From Macrostomum lignano (lineage: Eukaryota): DNA of 64,000 bases. Every line of letters begins with the position of its first letter. Position 1 is the first letter of the stretch. Location of the stretch: assembly GCA_002269645.1 (NCBI GenBank), contig NIVC01003379.1, positions 1 through 64,000 on the forward strand, in the 5' to 3' direction. The notes beneath the pieces were generated by a model. The model was not told the DNA's origin and made no database searches. It saw nothing but the letters and a program-made list of their open reading frames with translations. Positions 61,644-64,000 of this stretch are shown here, piece by piece. The translations under genes and the position numbers were made by a program.

Positions 61644-63329
61644 AATTTAAAATATTCATAATTAAAGTTAAAATTATATTTCTCAGTACCACAGAATAAC
61701 TATGGCAGATTAATGTGTTAGAGGATGCTCTAGTGCAATACGCAGCAATAGGTATTATTTATATATAAGACTTTTTTATTACTTTAGTTATAATATAAGA
61801 ATAATCAGCAAGGCTATCTAGTCTTTGCCAATAAAGCAAAACTATAAGATATATTTATTTTAAACTTTATTTAAAAATTTTGTTTATTTAGCCTATTAAC
61901 ATTGGTAGAATGGTAAATTTAATGATCTGGTTCATTATAAATTAGCAATAAATGTCAATTAGCAATAAATTAGCAATAAATGTCGAACCTAGCAATAAAT
62001 ATCATTATAAAAAAGGAAAATATTTTGCTACCTACCAGTCTACCACCCACAACCAAATCTTGGCAAAAGCATAAAAAGTTATTATACTATAGTTAGCAAC
62101 TAGCAAAAATAAAATATATAAGTACAATACAATTGACCAACAATTCTAGTTATTAGCTAAGCTAGTAGTCTGGTGAAACAATAGGTCAACAGCTACATAT
62201 AGGCCAATAGACCTACTCAATAGCTAAATATTGACATTGTCAATGTCTAAGATTTCAGCATTTCAAGTAAAATTTGTAGGCCTGTGTAAATAGAAGGATA
62301 AGAAGGATGAGATGTAAGTAACCATCTGTTCTAGAACTTAATGCAATACAACAGATCTGCAGATTCCAGTTTAAATTATTGGGGCCAAACGGTTTCACAA
62401 TGTGTTTATGAGTATGACTAGCAATCAAAATCAGCCAGAGACAGTGAGACTTTTAACTGCATGTTATAGTCGTGAAATCAAACAACAGCGACAAGAAATC
62501 TTATCACCATTATACACTGTAACTATTAGAGTAATTCGCAATTGGAGTTACGTTTACATGTGTTAATTAATCCACCTCTCACTAACTAAACACTTCCATG
62601 TTTAGTCCAGTCCATGCATGTTTCCGGCCTGGGCGCGAACGCGAATGGAAGAGTAAATCAGTTTGAAATTTAGATTTTAAAACAACACGTTAAAACAAAT
62701 ATAACTCTAATTTTTTGTTGTATGCTCAGGAAAAAAATTGTGAATTATCCCATTAAAAGAAACACTTAATCTAATTTAATAAAACACTAATTGCATAAGG
62801 CAAATCATTGACCACAATCGTTATTGCTGCCTTTACGCTTCTGCTCAAAGAGAAGACCTTCGCGAAAGTATATGATGAACCTGTTCAAATATGCAGGCAA
62901 TATTCAAAAATAAAATACTGTGGAGCAAATTTTAGTTAAAAGTTGTTTGTTATATATATCCATGGAACACGAAAATTATACGTAATACCCACGAACAACA
63001 TTCACGTAAAATTTACGTTAAAAAAATCTACGTATATTTACGTAGATAAACCAAGCTTTCCAATTGGGTAAGTCGACAGGCTAATTAATATTCATACCCT
63101 CTGCAACATCTGCCGGCTTTCGATCGATGCGTCTCTGTTATACGCTTGTACATGTACTAACAAAATATAATGTGCTCATGTGTTTGAAACGTGTGCAGCA
63201 CGACGGGGTTGACATGCCGTGTGCACATACATATAACATACATATAGAAAGCATTCCAAATCAAACCATTGCATACATGAATGTGGTCATGTATGACTGC
63301 GCAGCAGGTCGCTTGGACGGAACAGGTCG

Positions 63330-63500
63330 GCGCGGTGATACAAAAGCCGTGTTGGTCACTCGCGTAGGCGATCTTGAAGGCGGCGCGCAGCAGGCCAGCG
63401 TGCGCCGCGTCAACTTGTTGCTCGAGCGACTTCATCAGCGTCCAGGTCTTGACAGTATACAGCAGGACGGTCTCGATCACCGCCTCGCCTGGAACAACGC
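63330..63500 (-). mobile_element. RTE-like LINE RT C-terminal fragment
   Basis: IETVLLYTVKTWTLMKSLEQQVDAAHAGLLRAA matches the VLLYGxETWTL motif. Confidence 0.65.
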
Positions 63501-63744
63501 TGCCCTCTAGCGGTCAGCTGTACATTAAGCTGGCCTCGGACTGCAGGACTCCCCAGACTACCATGTAAATGTACTGTAGCTCAAGCCAGTAATGTCGGAA
63601 AATTTCAGAGTGGGGGGGGGGGCTAATGATGGGAGGGCACATTGCACATAATTTCTTCTAATCTAAGGGCACCCAAACTCCTGTTGTTAGTTTGTGGCAT
63701 TATGACATAACCAGGCCAATTTTCAATTCTGTGTTGGAGTAGCC

Positions 63745-63960
63745 ATCTCTTCTCCCTTCCCTCCTCTCTCAATCCTCTCCTCTCCTCTCTTCTCTATTTC
63801 GTCTCTCCTCTCCTCTCGATCGATCCTCTCCTATTTCATCTCTCCTCTCGATCGTAAACTCTCTTATCCTTATTCCTTCGCCTTTCCTTTCTTCTACGAG
63901 AGTACGCCAGCTCGTATTTCTCTTCTCTCTATTCCCTATCCTCTCTCCCTCCTTTGGCTT
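63745..63960 (+). repeat. Pyrimidine-rich (CT) low-complexity tract
   Basis: Composition mirrors the GA tract at 13125-14900. Confidence 0.8.
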
Positions 63961-64000
63961 GCAATCATCAGGGACTCCTGGGTGCATTTTGCTTAGGGGC

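Larger units (their letters stand above)
56280..63068 (-). mobile_element. Apparently complete autonomous EnSpm/CACTA-type DNA transposon (6.8 kb)
   Basis: TA|CCCAACTGGAAA...TTTCCAATTGGG|TA gives a 12-bp TIR with 1 mismatch and a TA TSD. TTTACGT(A/T) subterminal repeats occur at both ends. It encodes a transposase and a DUF4806-like gene. Confidence 0.88.

Overview
Repeat-dense eukaryotic (invertebrate metazoan-like) DNA: AT-rich GT-AG introns, TTAGGG-type repeats, no prokaryotic operons, no CRISPR, no recognisable rRNA/tRNA. Most of the window is nested transposon debris. It holds Jockey/I-like LINEs (one with an AlkB-like fragment 5' of ORF1), non-autonomous Helitrons, several CCC...GGG EnSpm/CACTA-type elements (one apparently complete at 56280-63068), a Gypsy pol fragment with its 3' LTR, a mariner fragment, a MULE/NOF-like transposase with a USP-like tail and many tandem repeats. 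The notable part is 17951-34690. There an LTR-like element (TG..CA ends, CAAT TSD) is split by a head-to-tail array of minus-strand Helitron termini. The array encloses three small, co-oriented, intron-containing genes that the ORF track largely misses: a kinase-less Chk2-type FHA protein (21580-22423), a SET8/PR-Set7-like methyltransferase with Phe at the Tyr/Phe switch (25843-27533) and an NCoR/SMRT-type SANT protein (27809-29510). The SET and SANT genes lie in a 6.56-kb cassette bounded by a perfect 53-bp duplication of a variant telomeric-repeat tract. All homology calls were made by eye from motif knowledge; no database search was run.
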